Assembly: GCA_040285825.1 (NCBI GenBank)
Contig: JAUPSS010000011.1
Span: 558,001-622,000 of the forward strand
DNA: 64,000 bases
DNA from: Eukaryota sp. TZLM1-RC
Taxonomy: Eukaryota; Protista; Metamonada: BaSk clade
Direction: 5' to 3'
Shown here: positions 1 to 12,433 of the stretch, one piece after another
Position numbering within the stretch: the first letter of the stretch is position 1
Layout of the letters: each line of letters starts with the position of its first letter
The notes under the pieces: model-generated
Told to the model about the DNA's origin: nothing
What the model saw: the letters and a program-made list of their open reading frames with translations, nothing else
Databases searched by the model: none
Program-made: the position numbers and the translations under genes

Positions 1-806
1 TTTTGTGACCATTGTACCACGAAGTTTTCAATTGTGTGCCACTAATGCAGCATTTGTAACAAAAATGAAATTATATTTGAATATCCCCATTAATCAATTA
101 TTATCAAAAGAAAAATGTATTTGTTCGAATTCACCTCAACTCACTTTGCGCCGTGCTCTGAATTGCTCTAAATTGATAACTTATCGTTCTTCATTACATG
201 ATGCTGTTAGAGACACTGTTTTCAATATGGCACAAACTGCAAGAATATCGTGTATCAAAGAGCCTCTGCTGAAGGAAACACTTTCTCTGAATAATTTTGG
301 TTCTGATGATAGAGGTGATGTATACTGTGATTGGATTGATAATTCTGAAGCTATTGTTGACTTTGTCTCATGTAATGTTGCAAATGATACTTTGGTTCAC
401 AGAAGAAAACTTAATCCTGTGGCTGCTCTGGATTTTAAAGCAAAAGAGAAACATAGAAAATATGATAAAGATATTGAAGAGGCTAATGTCGATAGAAATT
501 CACAGCTGGTTTTTATTGCTTTCCCATTTTCAATAAATGGAAGATTATCAGTTGAAGCAGAAACTTTTTTGGATGACTTCCAAAAAATGGTGCAAGAAAA
601 AACAATGAAAAGATTTGATATTTTTTTATGGCGTTCACGGATTCAATTTGCCATTATTAATAGATTACCACGGTTTTTCAATCGAATAAGAGCAGCTGTA
701 GCTAGACAGCAAGCAGATCAAGATTTTGTAGAGGAAATCTTGGTTCAATTATAGTCGTCCCATTAGTTATGAGTTAATTTAATTAAGTGTGCAAATTCAA
801 TAAATA
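1..806 (+). mobile_element. Non-LTR retrotransposon (RLE/CRE-like), subfamily A, 3' part; runs off the window edge
   Basis: ORF 5..754 has a CICx8(H>R)x3C knuckle, LHDAVRD and RGD...D...E-K-K RLE motifs, then FPFSINGRL and LWRSRIQF; short 3' UTR with AATAAA. Confidence 0.88.
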
Positions 807-1098
807 TTTTTATATCCTTCAAACAAGCATCACTATAAGTAAATCTACTCACCGCATTTCGTTCATATTCTACACCAATAGCCAAAAGAGCTTTAGAAAG
901 CACTGTTGGAATAGACTTAAAAATGCAAAAAAACAATTCTATTTAACCAGAAAGTGGAATTCATTGTTTTACCAGACCTATTCAGTAAAACTTTTTTGAA
1001 ACCTTCAAAAAAATCATTTACTTTTGGAGTATTACTTGATTGGTTGTATTCGTAATATGTTTAGGGAATTTCTAATCCAATGTTTTGAAAACAAAAAG

Positions 1099-2270
1099 AT
1101 GATTTAATTTATTGAATTTGCACACTTGATTAAATTAAATCATAACTAATGGGACGACTATCATTAAACCAAGATTTCCTCTACAAAATCTTGATTTGCT
1201 TGCTGTCTAGCTAAAGCTTCTCTAATTCGATTGAAAAACCGCGGTAATCTATTAATAATGGCAAATTGAATCCGTGAACGCCATAAAAAAATATCAAATC
1301 TTTTCATTGTTTTTTCTTTCACCAATTTTTGGAAGTCATCCAAAAAAGTTTCTGCTTCAACTGATAATCTTCCATTTATCGAAAATGGAAAAGCAATAAA
1401 AACCAGCTGTGTATTTCTATCGATATTTGCATCTTCAATTTCTTTATCATATTTTCTATGTTTTTCTTTTGCTTTAAAATCCAGAGCAGCCACAGGATTA
1501 AGGTTTCTTCTGTGAACCAAAGTATCGTTTGCAACATTACATGAGACAAAGTCAACAATAGCTTCAGAATTATCAATCCAATCACAGTATACATCACCTC
1601 TATCATCAGAACTAAAATTATTCAGAGAAAGTGTTTCTTTCAGCAGGGGCTCTTTGATACACGATATCCTTGCAGTTTGTGCCATATTGAAAACAGTGTC
1701 TCTAACAGCATCATGTAATGAAGAACGATAAGTTATCAATTTAGAGCAATTTAGAGCATGGCGCAAAGTGAGTTGAGGTGAATTCGAACAAATACATTTT
1801 TCTTTTGATAATAATTGGTTAATGGGGATGTTCAAATATAATCTCATTTTTGTTAGAAATGCTTCATTAGTAGCACACAATCCAAATCTTCGTGGTACAA
1901 TGGTTACAAAAAGTGAAGAATCTGACACCTTGTTTTCACAAACACCCTTTTCCAATAACAATGAGTGAAGATCTTGATTTAAAACAGCCGAGCTGCAAAT
2001 ATTATTATAAAGATCTTTTTCATACATTCCAGTCAATCTTTTCTGTAATGTTCGAAGAGTGTACTTCAAATTTAAAACATTTTTTTCTGGAATATTGCCA
2101 TTGAATGATTGGGGAAAACATCGACCCCATTTTTCTACATCAATTCTTGAAATTTCTTCATTTAATGCAAAAACAGTGGAACTTTGCGTTGTCATCAATA
2201 AATCTTCCCAATCTGCAAATCTTTCGGAGAACTCAAAGATTGCATTTCTGCATCCACCAACAAAAGCACA
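1099..2270 (-). mobile_element. Non-LTR retrotransposon subfamily A, 5'-truncated
   Basis: ORF 1164..2198 is near-identical to 5..754; possible TSD AAAACAAAAAG at 1088-1098 and 2271-2281. Confidence 0.88.
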
Positions 2271-2355
2271 AAAACAAAAAGTGAAAATAAAATAAATAAT
2301 TGAATGAAGTCTTGGGAAGTTTTGGGAATTTTGCCATTTTGCCCCAGCTTTAAAT

Positions 2356-2395
2356 GCCCAAAGTTTTCTGGCCCAAAGTTTTCACAAACGCAGTA
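2356..2395. repeat. Direct repeat GCCCAAAGTTTTC x2 next to CAGTA; possible end of a DNA transposon or MITE
   Basis: Repeats at 2356-2368 and 2371-2383; no partner end found in the window. Confidence 0.3.
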
Positions 2396-2611
2396 ATATA
2401 ATCATTGTGATCATTGGAAGTGGAAATTTTGAAAGAAGCCCCAACTGGTCACAAAGACAAATTGTGTTGGTTATATTTTGAAACTGCTACATGTATTTCC
2501 TTGAATGTCATTATATATTTAAATCATTCCTCCTAATTGTGATACATTTTGTGGTATACAAATTTTTGATGATGTGTTATATTAATAGTAATTGACTAAA
2601 AAATTTCTTTT

Positions 2612-3700
2612 ATGAATTTTCTCGTAGATTTCCTGATGATTCTCATCTGTTAGTTCCCAATTGCAGTCCTTATTTGTGTGAGTTATCTTGTGAACTTGAA
2701 AAATTGCCGCCACAAATTTGGACCAAATGTTTTCCTCAATCAATTCAAGAAATTCCAAACCGATCTCTTTTTAATTTACAGTTTTGCTGTAAAAAGCTTC
2801 AACAAAAATTGTCAAAGATTTTTGAAAGCTTGGATTTTGATGTTAGACTTGGCTTGGCCAAGAAAAAGAATCCCGCTTTTGCAAATCTTTTACAAGATAT
2901 GTGTGGCAGTACTTCTTCTGCCTTAGTAACAACAATTCCCCAAGTTTATGGCACTCTCTTAACTGATTCTGCTTGGACTTTGAATATGAGATTTCGTTCC
3001 TTTATCTGGTCTGATAATTTACCTCATAATTTATTTTGTAAATGTTCTCGAGAAATTACAACTACTTTTGTTAAATTGTAAACATTTTATTACTTTTAGA
3101 AGCAAGGTTCATGATGCTGTAAGAGACCAGTTATATTGTATGTGTAAATCTCATAGAATTCAATCCTTCTTGGAACCTTTGTTGTCAAGTCTGTTTGATG
3201 CTGAAGATGATTTTCATAAGAATAACCTGGATTAGATGGAAAGTTCATTTTATTGGATGTAATGTCTGTTGATCCTTGTAATGCCTCAAATGAAAGGCTA
3301 GTTAATTCTGAAATTCATAATCCTCTTTCAAATGCTGAAAATTTTAAATTCAAAGAATACAATGAACCTTTGTCCAAATTGGCCAGTCTACAGCATGCAA
3401 AATACAATTTGTATCCATTTGTATTTTCCCTTTTTGGTTCACTTGCACCAACTGCTTTACGTTTTTTGGATGATTTTGAATTGATTGTAAAGAGAAGAAC
3501 TGGCAGAAATTTCAACAGATTGTTTTGGCAAAATAGAATTGTGTTTTCTATTTTTAAAGGGATGTTGAAGATGGTTTCTGATGCTTTGCTGTCTCTTGGA
3601 TCTCACTGTGAGAGAGTCGCATCTAGTGTTTTTGTTTTGGGGGGAGATCTATTTTTTAGATGTTGATTTATAGGTTTTGAATAAAATTAAAATTTTGGTA
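2612..3700 (+). mobile_element. Non-LTR retrotransposon subfamily B, 5'-truncated and frameshifted
   Basis: ORF fragments 2674..3081 and 3253..3666 (CKC knuckle, DVMSVDP, YPFVFSLFG, FWQNRIVF); approximate TSD AAAAAATTTCTTTT at 2598-2611 and 3701-3714. Confidence 0.85.
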
Positions 3701-4168
3701 AAAAAATTTCTTTTTATTATATATAAAATGAATGATCTACGCTCAACATTTAAGAAACTTTGAAACAGTTATGTATTTAATTAATCAACAACGTTGTGAC
3801 GTATCATTTTCTCAAGCAAAATTCACATTTTCTATTGGTAATAGCTAGACTCTTAGATTCAACAGGCGAATTTTGTGCTCAAGATTGTTCATCATGTGAA
3901 AAAGAAACTGTTGAGAACCGTGAAGTTAATGGCTGTGAGCAAAATTGCAAAAAATAATAAAGATAATGGATGGAAAAGTGATCAATTTTGTGTTGTTTGG
4001 AAATATAGATCTATGACAATTATGATTTTTGCCCTTTTCAATGTATATTCATTGCAGGTCAGTTTTTTATGTGACTCATTGTTTAATTTTAATCATTATT
4101 CTGTTTGGAAATTAATTTAAATCGTAATTGGTGTTTCTGTAACACTCTTATCTATTTCCACAGTTTTC

Positions 4169-4789
4169 ATGACTACCCAAACTTCTTCAGAGACAACTCT
4201 TGACGAACCCATTTCTGCCACTCTTGTATGTGGTACCTTCGCTTTTTCATCTTAGGGCCGTGACTTTAAAAAAATTGGTTACAGGTTGAGCCAAGTACTC
4301 ATACCTCGTCTGGGTACCGCACAGTCTGAGGAGCGATATAAATGTCTTCGTGACTGGGATTTATGGTTTCCTTTAGTGGTCTGCTTTGCTTTATCTGCCA
4401 TTCTTCAACGTGCTTCCGGTGGAGACGATGATGGTGGTAAAGCGTTCTCTTTGGTATTTTTGATTGTATCTGTAGGTTCTTTTGTTGTTAGTGTTAATAC
4501 CACGCTGTTAGGTGGAAACGCGTCACTTTTCCAGTCTGTGTCACTGTTGTGCTACTGTTTGGCTCCTCTGGCACTTGCTGCATTCATATCTTTATTTTTA
4601 CAAGAAAACACCATTATTCGTTTCATTCTTGCTGGTGTTGCTGTATTTTGGGGTACCACTGCTAGTATAGGGTTCTTTGCAGGCCTTGTCCCATCCCAAA
4701 GAAAAGTGTTGGCTACTTATCCCGTCTGGCTCTTCTTTGTTACAATAGGACTTTTTGTCTGGGCTAGCAGCCTCTCAACTTATAGCTAA
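4169..4789 (+). CDS. YIPF6: Yip1-domain Golgi protein (YIPF6-like); intron 4226-4255 (30 nt)
   Basis: Spliced N-terminus MTTQTSSETTLDEPISATL/GRDFKKIGYRL, LRDWDLWFPL motif, multiple TM segments; intron GTATG...TTAG contains an in-frame stop. Confidence 0.88.
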
Positions 4790-4825
4790 GTGTTGTATAT
4801 TCTTTTATAAAATCAAGCATTGTTT

Positions 4826-5635
4826 ATGTCTTTTATAATGTCTTATCTACACCTAATGCGACAACATTTGATACTTCTGGTCTCCCTCGTCAGCGTCTGT
4901 CTTTGTACATATATCAAGCCATCATTAACCTATTTCAGCACCTTTCAAGTCATCTCACCCACAGAACTCTCCTACAGAATACCCATTTGGTTTCTTGTCA
5001 TCGCTGACACTTATCTAATACATCGCCATGGCATGAAATGGTTGTTGTTCGGATTCCGATGGGTTATGCTCATGACCAATAGTCCACACCTGGTGGTTTT
5101 TGCGATTTTGGAATGTGACATTTCGCATATGTATTGTCTAATACCATGGTTTGATCCAAAATTATATATTTTTACATTCATTAAAAGTAGAACTTACCTG
5201 CACAAATTAATTTCTTCTATTTCATTATTGCTCCATTCAAAAGCATTATTTAGATTTCAGAGTCGGGAAAGTCTCAATTTTATTTGGTATTTTTACAAAT
5301 TATTTCCTTTTTCACCACCATTCTTACCTTTGTTTGGTTGGATATCTATTTTTATTCAGTTTGGGTGTATTCAAATACTATCCAAAAGGAAGCTTTCTTC
5401 AACGGATTTTTCGATTAAATCTATATTAGCAGTGTTTAATTTGAGTCCTTCAGCAAGCTTTAATATGTTGTCATTTCCCCTTTTTCATTGCAATTCTGGA
5501 TTCAAATTCTTTATTTATATAATTTTGGGCTTTTGTTTTGTTTTTTTTGAATTGCTGATCCAGAACGTTGTCAACATTAATTACTTTTGGTTCACATGTT
5601 TATTGCTAAGTATTTCAATAATAAAGATATGCTGA
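4826..5635 (+). CDS. Hypothetical multi-pass membrane protein
   Basis: About 270 aa hydrophobic ORF between two genes; no family recognised; start codon uncertain. Confidence 0.5.
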   Translation: MSFIMSYLHLMRQHLILLVSLVSVCLCTYIKPSLTYFSTFQVISPTELSYRIPIWFLVIADTYLIHRHGMKWLLFGFRWVMLMTNSPHLVVFAILECDISHMYCLIPWFDPKLYIFTFIKSRTYLHKLISSISLLLHSKALFRFQSRESLNFIWYFYKLFPFSPPFLPLFGWISIFIQFGCIQILSKRKLSSTDFSIKSILAVFNLSPSASFNMLSFPLFHCNSGFKFFIYIILGFCFVFFELLIQNVVNINYFWFTCLLLSISIIKIC

Positions 5636-5776
5636 AAGGACAAATAATAAAACTTTTTGAATAGAGTCGGATGAACAAAAAATTGGGTTCAATAGCTTAG
5701 TTTATCTCAAACTAAGCTACTGCTATAGTACAAAAAACAAATAAAATTAAAACTAAACACTCATAACGAAAAGATA

Positions 5777-7339
5777 TTAAAAATTATTCAAAAAGTCTAA
5801 TTTATGTCTGAGTGCACTAATGACATCTTGGTAATTGAGTACAGTTGTTTCGTGTTGCTCAATCTGGGAACGCAATCGATCAATAATGATTGATTGGTTG
5901 TATGAATCATGTTGAAGACAGTCATTGAAATCGTTTAGATTGCGATTTTCTTCCAAAGTCTCCTTGACCTTAATTGAAAATTCACTATTTTGAGCTTCCA
6001 ACTCCTGGTTCCCAACAACCACACGGTCATAATCACGATATAATCGATCAAATTCCTTGACCAACTTTGAATGTGATGAGGAACAAGTCAATAATTCATC
6101 TTTTAGTCTAACATTTTCTGATTGAAGCTCATTAATCATTTTTGATTGCCTAAAGCACAATTCATTGGCTGCTGTGCATTTTACTTCAATATTCTCCTGC
6201 TGCGTGCGACACTCTTTTAAAAGATCCTTTGATTTGTTGAGCTTTATTTGAATATTTTGGCACGACTGGCAACCAACGTTGACAGGTTCCCGGTCAGTTT
6301 GAGTGGATTCATGAGTAACATCAACATTATGACCTTCAATTGTTTTATTTTGAATCTCAATCATTTCTTGGTAACACTCCAACTCAGTTTTTAATGCTTC
6401 ATTATCTCGAATTAAATTGTTAATTGTTGTCTTGAGTTTTTGTTCCATTTCCTGACACTTATTTTCTAAAGAATCACGATGAATTAAAACAGAATTGAGA
6501 GCCGAAAATGCAGTAGAATTTGATTGTTTGGAAACGGAAACTTCGCTGTAGAGTTGCCGACAAGTTCTCGACAATTCTGAAATTCTTGACCCTATTTGAC
6601 CAAGCGACAGCAAAGCATCACGTGATAGAGGTTCGGTTGATTTGATAATTTCCAATGCTACAAATTCAGATTCACAGTCAAATGAACTGTAAACGTCATG
6701 GTCACGTGTAGTCATAGAATTATGACCTCTTTGGTCAAAAATAGCTTCAATCTTATTAATTTGGTCTTGATCCAATTCATCAGATTTCAGTTCAACTTTT
6801 GCTAACTTCAAATGATTGAGTCGAAAAGAGCTACTTTCAAGCAGTGATAAAGTTTTTTTTCTGGATTGAGTACAATCAATAGAAATAAACTCAATGCACT
6901 GGGGGAGAAGGGAAAGCAAATGTGAAAGAAATTGATCAGAGAGTTGAGAAGAGGTGAGTGTGAAAGAGGATAGATTAGGTGGAAAGAAGAAGGCGTTACA
7001 GGGTTCATGTAACGACAGATGAGTGATCGGAGATGACGCAAGATAGGAATTGAGGGAAGAAGAGACGGGACATGAGAGAGACAGTGATCGTAGAGACTTA
7101 AATTCATGGAGAAACGGCGTGATTGGGTCTATATCAGTGGATTTGAGTGATAGAGATGTAATAAAATGGGGGTACTTAATACATTCAGTCATTAAGAAAG
7201 TCACGTGCGGTTCCTCGAAAGAGACATAAGAGAGATCAAGTTCATTATCAACAAGTGTGTCTGTGAGGTTCAATGATTCAACTCCAGAAGAGAAACAAGA
7301 TGCATAGTAGTTGTTTTGGATTATGGATCCCTCATCCAT
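5777..7339 (-). CDS. LRR-like N-terminus plus long coiled-coil protein
   Basis: LxxLxL repeats (ITSLSLK, LRSLSLS, ITHLSLH) followed by a heptad-rich C-terminus; first ATG at 7339. Confidence 0.7.
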   Translation of the reverse strand: MDEGSIIQNNYYASCFSSGVESLNLTDTLVDNELDLSYVSFEEPHVTFLMTECIKYPHFITSLSLKSTDIDPITPFLHEFKSLRSLSLSCPVSSSLNSYLASSPITHLSLHEPCNAFFFPPNLSSFTLTSSQLSDQFLSHLLSLLPQCIEFISIDCTQSRKKTLSLLESSSFRLNHLKLAKVELKSDELDQDQINKIEAIFDQRGHNSMTTRDHDVYSSFDCESEFVALEIIKSTEPLSRDALLSLGQIGSRISELSRTCRQLYSEVSVSKQSNSTAFSALNSVLIHRDSLENKCQEMEQKLKTTINNLIRDNEALKTELECYQEMIEIQNKTIEGHNVDVTHESTQTDREPVNVGCQSCQNIQIKLNKSKDLLKECRTQQENIEVKCTAANELCFRQSKMINELQSENVRLKDELLTCSSSHSKLVKEFDRLYRDYDRVVVGNQELEAQNSEFSIKVKETLEENRNLNDFNDCLQHDSYNQSIIIDRLRSQIEQHETTVLNYQDVISALRHKLDFLNNF

Positions 7340-8076
7340 TGGTTGAGTCAATGGAAGGAAAAATATTAATAATAAACAGAAGAAGATTGGAATCTATTAA
7401 TATCTACACCATTTCAGTACTGAATTGGCTTTTCTACGATTGCTTAATCTATTAGGTAACAGTTCAAATCTAGAACAGTGGAATTTGTAGTCATTTATAG
7501 GCAATATTGGACAACCATAATGAATCAAAATAAATACGTAAGTGTTTTGATTTAGTTTGCACTTTCTGCGTTTGAGTTCAGCTGGGATCCTATTCTTATC
7601 ACCAAAAATACACATGAGAAAAGAAAAGAAGACAGTCTTGAAGTGTCAGTAAATGAAACCAAGGGAGCAAAACTACAAAAGATCAGAGTCTCTATAATTA
7701 TATTTTATTTGAAAAAATTTGACACACAAATTCATACTTGGTCAAATCATTAGTTGATCACACCACGTGTTCTCCTTTTGTTCTCCTTTTGAAGCTTCTA
7801 CGGGAGGCGTATTTGCTAAGAACGAACCTTTTTATGACAAATTTGCTCATTGCACGGTTTACACTTTAAACCATTTCAAAAAATTGGCATTTCAGGTTCT
7901 TCAATGCTAGCACAGGATCTTTTCTTCTAGATTATTTTTCTAAATTAATTTGACTTCTCTGACAAATAAGGAAAGTAGGAAAAAAGTCATCAGGAGTCGG
8001 TAAAGAATGAATTATTAGATAAATAAGACAATATTAATATTTTTTACAGAAGCAAATATAAAAACACAATAATCAA

Positions 8077-8955
8077 CTAATTTTCTTCAGCATTAACATT
8101 ACGCAAATGAACTTGAATAAACAATGACATTTCATCAGCAGAGGCAAGCATAACAAATTCCCCCCCAAACTTGAGGGTGGCTCTTTTAGCATCAGGGTAA
8201 CGCTTGTAGACCTCATTCCTCATATTGCCAGGTAGACTTTTGACATCACAAGCATCAATAATTGTAATTTTGTGATCAGGAATTTGCAACTTGGGGACAA
8301 TGTATGGTGTGCAGTGAAGGTTATATCGGGCAAGCAAATCATGACGAGTAAGCGAATCCATATGGTAAACAATAAAGTCTGCAGCATCAGCAATCTCAGA
8401 TCTTACTTCGCCGTGGGGGAAGTTTGCTAAAAACGTTCTTCTTATGGCAAACTCAGGAAGGAACTTAATCATTGTACTTTTATTGTTGCAATAGGTCTGA
8501 GTGTCACAGAAAGTGTTGGAAAGGATAAGCGACAGAACACAGGCAGGGCGATTAGCAGCAACAGCTTGAGCAAGAAGCCCCCCAAGGCCCACTCCTAATA
8601 AATGATACTTCCTAAACTTGAGGGTTTGTGTGACAAAAATCTCAAATGCTTTTAGGAAATCCTCTATGGAGTGAATATCAGGAATAGTGACTGATACAAT
8701 GTTAAAGCCTCGGGGGGAGAGACTGGAGATTTGACGATAAAAACACTCAGCAGTTCCTGTAGCGCTGTGTAGAAGAATCAGAGGAGATTCTTCACGAGGA
8801 CCAGCTTGATAGTAATTCCATGTTTTGCCAAGGATGGATGCTGACTTTCGCTGAATAGACTGCTTAAAGATCTTAAAGTCTTCTGACAAGTTTGTTCTGC
8901 TCATATTATGTAAGGATTCTGATCTTATAATTGATGAAAAATCAATATTTTCCAT
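8077..8955 (-). CDS. SPG21: Maspardin (alpha/beta-hydrolase fold)
   Basis: WNYYQAGPR, PLILL..ATGTAECFYRQI, HLLGxxLGGLLAQ, SLILSNTFCDT and YKRYPDAKRATLKFGG match maspardin. Confidence 0.88.
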   Translation of the reverse strand: MENIDFSSIIRSESLHNMSRTNLSEDFKIFKQSIQRKSASILGKTWNYYQAGPREESPLILLHSATGTAECFYRQISSLSPRGFNIVSVTIPDIHSIEDFLKAFEIFVTQTLKFRKYHLLGVGLGGLLAQAVAANRPACVLSLILSNTFCDTQTYCNNKSTMIKFLPEFAIRRTFLANFPHGEVRSEIADAADFIVYHMDSLTRHDLLARYNLHCTPYIVPKLQIPDHKITIIDACDVKSLPGNMRNEVYKRYPDAKRATLKFGGEFVMLASADEMSLFIQVHLRNVNAEEN

Positions 8956-10836
8956 AGTTTAATCTCTATTTACAATACCAATTAACTTCCTTTTCTTATC
9001 TTCTTTTACTGCTGCTACGTTTGGATCTGCATTTCTCTGTCCTTTTGCCGAAGCAATGAACCTCAGAACTTTCAAAAACATTGAAATAAAATCTGGAGAA
9101 ATTAAAACCACAGCATAAACAAAATCATCAATGTCAGAACTCCTAACAACTCTTTCAATCTAACAATTTGATATTGAACCTTAAGTGTTGGGTAAAAAGC
9201 TCAGTGATGAGGATGAAATAATTGTCATTTCTTCAAGATAGCATTCCATCTCTTACTGTCAATGTACAAGAATTCGAGTATTTCTCTTATTTTTACTGGA
9301 GAAAAAATTGAATTAAATTTTTGTTTTCGCGATCTTGTAGAAAAGTCAACAAGAAGAAATGAACATATATGTTTTTTTAAATGAAATTGCTTCTGAAGCC
9401 TCACTGTTTTACAGAGATATTGGTCTTTTGCTTAATGCCGACAAATGTCTCCTCATAAGAAAAGTAAAAGATAGATTAACCATTGATGGTGTTGAAATTC
9501 CTTTTCTTAGCTACTCCTCAGATGCTTTTTGTTTCCTAGGATGCTGGCTTGGAAATGTTCCAAAAATTACCGAAGAATTGAATAATCTTTTAATGAAATT
9601 GGGTTCTGAACTTGATACAATTTCGTCATTTGAAATTGAGAAACATATTAAGTTCTTTATTTTAAAAATTTGCTACTCCGGTAAAATTACTCACATTTTA
9701 AGAACAACATCTCCTGATATTTCACGTGAGTTTTGCCGCTCATTTAACTATTTGAGAACAAAATTTTTTGCATCTTTGATTGATGTCAATCCTGAGCTAA
9801 TTCGAAGTCATGCATTTTCATCATCTAATTTTGGTGGAATTAATTTCACTAAATCGTCTATTCTCTGTCAGGCTGCTTTTTTTGGTGGAGGGAAAATTTT
9901 TGTTTTTGAATGTTGCAACCGTTTTCCCAATGATGTTAATTTATTGAATTTTACAAGCAATAATTTTCTCAGAGACCTACAAAATGCTCTTGATTTTTTG
10001 CCCTCTGAAATTTGGAGTAAATGTTTTCCCGACAACGTACAGGAAATACCATCTACAGCACTAGTTAATTTGAGGTTTTGCGTTGAAAATATTGCAACAA
10101 AAGTTAACAATAATTTTTGAAGGCTTGGATTTTAATCTTCGTCTTGTAAAAAATAATACCGTTCGCGCAAATCTTTTGGTAGATGCCCAAAACAGTTGCT
10201 CTTCGTGTTTAGTTATTCAGATTCCTCAAATTTATGGTCTTCTTTTAAATGATACTGAATTTTCTTGTACAATGCGCCTTCGTTGTTTTATTTGGCCTGA
10301 TAACGTGCCTCATAATTTGATTTGTAAATGTGGATCAAAAATTTCTCCAAATCATTTATTCAATTGTAAACATTTTATTACTTTCCGATCAAAAGTTCAT
10401 GATGCGGTAAAAGATCAACTCTATTGTATGTCAAAATCACATAGAATTGTTTCTTATTTAGAACTTTTACTTTCCCGTTTGGTTGATGAAGATACTTTGA
10501 ATTCGTTTGGTCGAAATAGAGGTGATTTAATGCTTGACGGTCTTGAAGGTACTATCATTATTACAGATGTGAGATCCACTGATGTATGTAATGATTCTTT
10601 TATGCCAATGGCTCAATCAAAATATAGGGAGCCCTTAACTGTTTCCGAAAAATGCAAAAATTGACAAATACAAAGCAAAAATGTTATCCGTGAACCCAGA
10701 ATCGCATACTCATTATGTCCTCTGTCCATTTGCAGTTTCCCTTCATGGCACACTTGGACCTCTTGCTTTGTCTTTTCTGGATGATTTTGTTGAAATTGTG
10801 AAACAACGTACTGGAAGAGTTTTCGAGAAGAGTTTT

Positions 10837-11886
10837 TGTTGTTGTTGAACTCAAATTGAATTAGTAGTTTTATTAATAAACGTAGATTTCTCTCTCCTTC
10901 GTGTGTTCATCTGCCTAGCGGCATCAATAATTATTGGCCGTTCTTATTTCAGATGACTGTTCCTTCTGTCAACCTCCCGTCTCTTTCTTCCATGAAAGTT
11001 GAAAGTGTTCTCTTGTTCCTACAAGAGTGGAAGATCTATTCTTCTGTGACTTCTAAGAAAGAGCTTGTTCCAGCAAGACTCTTGGTCGATTCTTTTCTGT
11101 TAGAGTCCCTATCTCTCCAGAAATCCGACGTCTCTTCCAGTGACGATGTTCTTCTTAGACATCTACAATCTGTCGTATCGTTCGCCACGTACGAAGATTT
11201 TAGTCTGGCTATGTCAGAACTGAAGCTTGATGTCCGTATTGGTGACGTCCGAGAACGTATGTCCTGTTACCTGCGACGTTTCCTCCAGGTAAAGAGTAGG
11301 GCTTCCCGACTGAAGTTACCAGACACAGCTTTTCTGAATCGATTTGCCAGAGGAATTCTTCCCGTAGGTCTTCAACGTTCTCTACTAGCGAGAATTCGAG
11401 ATGATGTATTCCCAGATCTTCACTCTCTTGTCGAAACCACTACTGATGAGCTGTTGGACTGCTCTAGGGTTGCTTCATGGACTCGTGGTTTCAAAACCTC
11501 AGTGAATGATGTGGAACGTATGGCTGGCACTAAAACGAGGTCCTCTTGGCGCTCTCAGGATTTAAAAAATCAATAGTGCTTCAAGTGCCACAAGTCTGGA
11601 CACATCTCCCGCGATTGTCCAACTAGAATCAAACATGAGGTAAATTATGTGTGTCACACAAACGATGCACCAAAGAGTTTAACAAACCCCATTTCTTCCC
11701 TCTATTGAGCCAGTACTGTATTTGTCCTCAGAAAAGTGGGAAAAAGTAGTGTTGTTGTTGAACTCAAATTGAATTAGTAGGTTTCTTTGTATTTCGACTG
11801 ATGACGTGATATTCATTTATGAATCAGTTTTATTAATAAACGTAGATTTCTCTCTCCTTCGTGTGTTCATCTGCCTAGTGGCATCA
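10837..11886 (+). mobile_element. Non-autonomous gag-only LTR retroelement (1.05 kb)
   Basis: TG...CA LTRs at 10837-10926 (90 bp) and 11750-11886 (137 bp); polypurine tract AGAAAAGTGGGAAAAAGTAG just before the 3' LTR; 4-bp TSD TTTT. Confidence 0.88.
10953..11708 (+). pseudogene. gag: Gag-like ORF with a CCHC zinc knuckle after an in-frame TAG
   Basis: 207 aa ORF to TAG at 11574-11576, then in-frame CFKCHKSGHISRDC (CX2CX4HX4C) continuing to TGA at 11708. Confidence 0.78.
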
Positions 11887-12344
11887 TTTTTGGCAAAACA
11901 GAATAGTATTTTCAATTTTCAAAGGTGTTGTTCCCTTATTATCTTCAGCTTTGTTATCTCTTGGACGCGTTTATGAAAGAAAAACCTCCAGTCAATTCTT
12001 CTTGGCTGACTTGGGTTATGAAGACATAGAATTTTAACCTGGTCGTTTACTTTGTTTTTTTTTGGAATAAATAAAAAGTTATTTTAAGAAAAGTTGATGA
12101 TAATAATATCACTTTATGTCATTATTCCTCTGAAAAGGAATCGCTAAGTTCATTTCAAAAATCACTAGAAACTTACAATCCTCATAAAATATGTGGCATC
12201 ACTACAGAAAATTGTCATCCCACATTTTATCAAGCGGTGTTAAAATGAGGACTTTGTCAAGGGTGAATTCCATCCTAGTGAATGGATTAAACAGTTAATT
12301 CAAATTTAATGGAATTGAATTACAAACGTTTTTAATATGACACG

Positions 12345-12433
12345 AACTGCAAAAATATCGTGTATCAAAGAGCCTCTGCTGAAGGAAACACTGTCATTGA
12401 ATATTTTTGGTTCTGATGATTGAGGTGATGTAC
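12345..12433 (+). mobile_element. Short subfamily A non-LTR fragment
   Basis: Matches the ISCIKEPLLKET...GSDD segment of copy 1..806. Confidence 0.7.

Larger units (their letters stand above)
9365..12090 (+). mobile_element. Non-LTR retrotransposon subfamily C, 5'-truncated, interrupted by an LTR element at 10837-11886
   Basis: RT C-terminus (FLGCWLG, EKHIKFFILKICYSGK), CKC knuckle, RGDL..DVRS RLE; KSF|WQNRIVF resumes after the insert. Confidence 0.88.

Noticed and set aside
10935-10946. TGGCCGTTCTTA resembling an 18S rRNA segment as the primer-binding site
   Set aside because: Only 12 nt and in the same sense as rRNA, so rRNA could not anneal to it; probably chance.
11780-11850. Hammerhead ribozyme (retrozyme) in the 3' LTR, suggested by CTGATGA
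   Set aside because: No GAAA follows a stem II on that strand and I could not build stems I and III; an Infernal scan would settle it.
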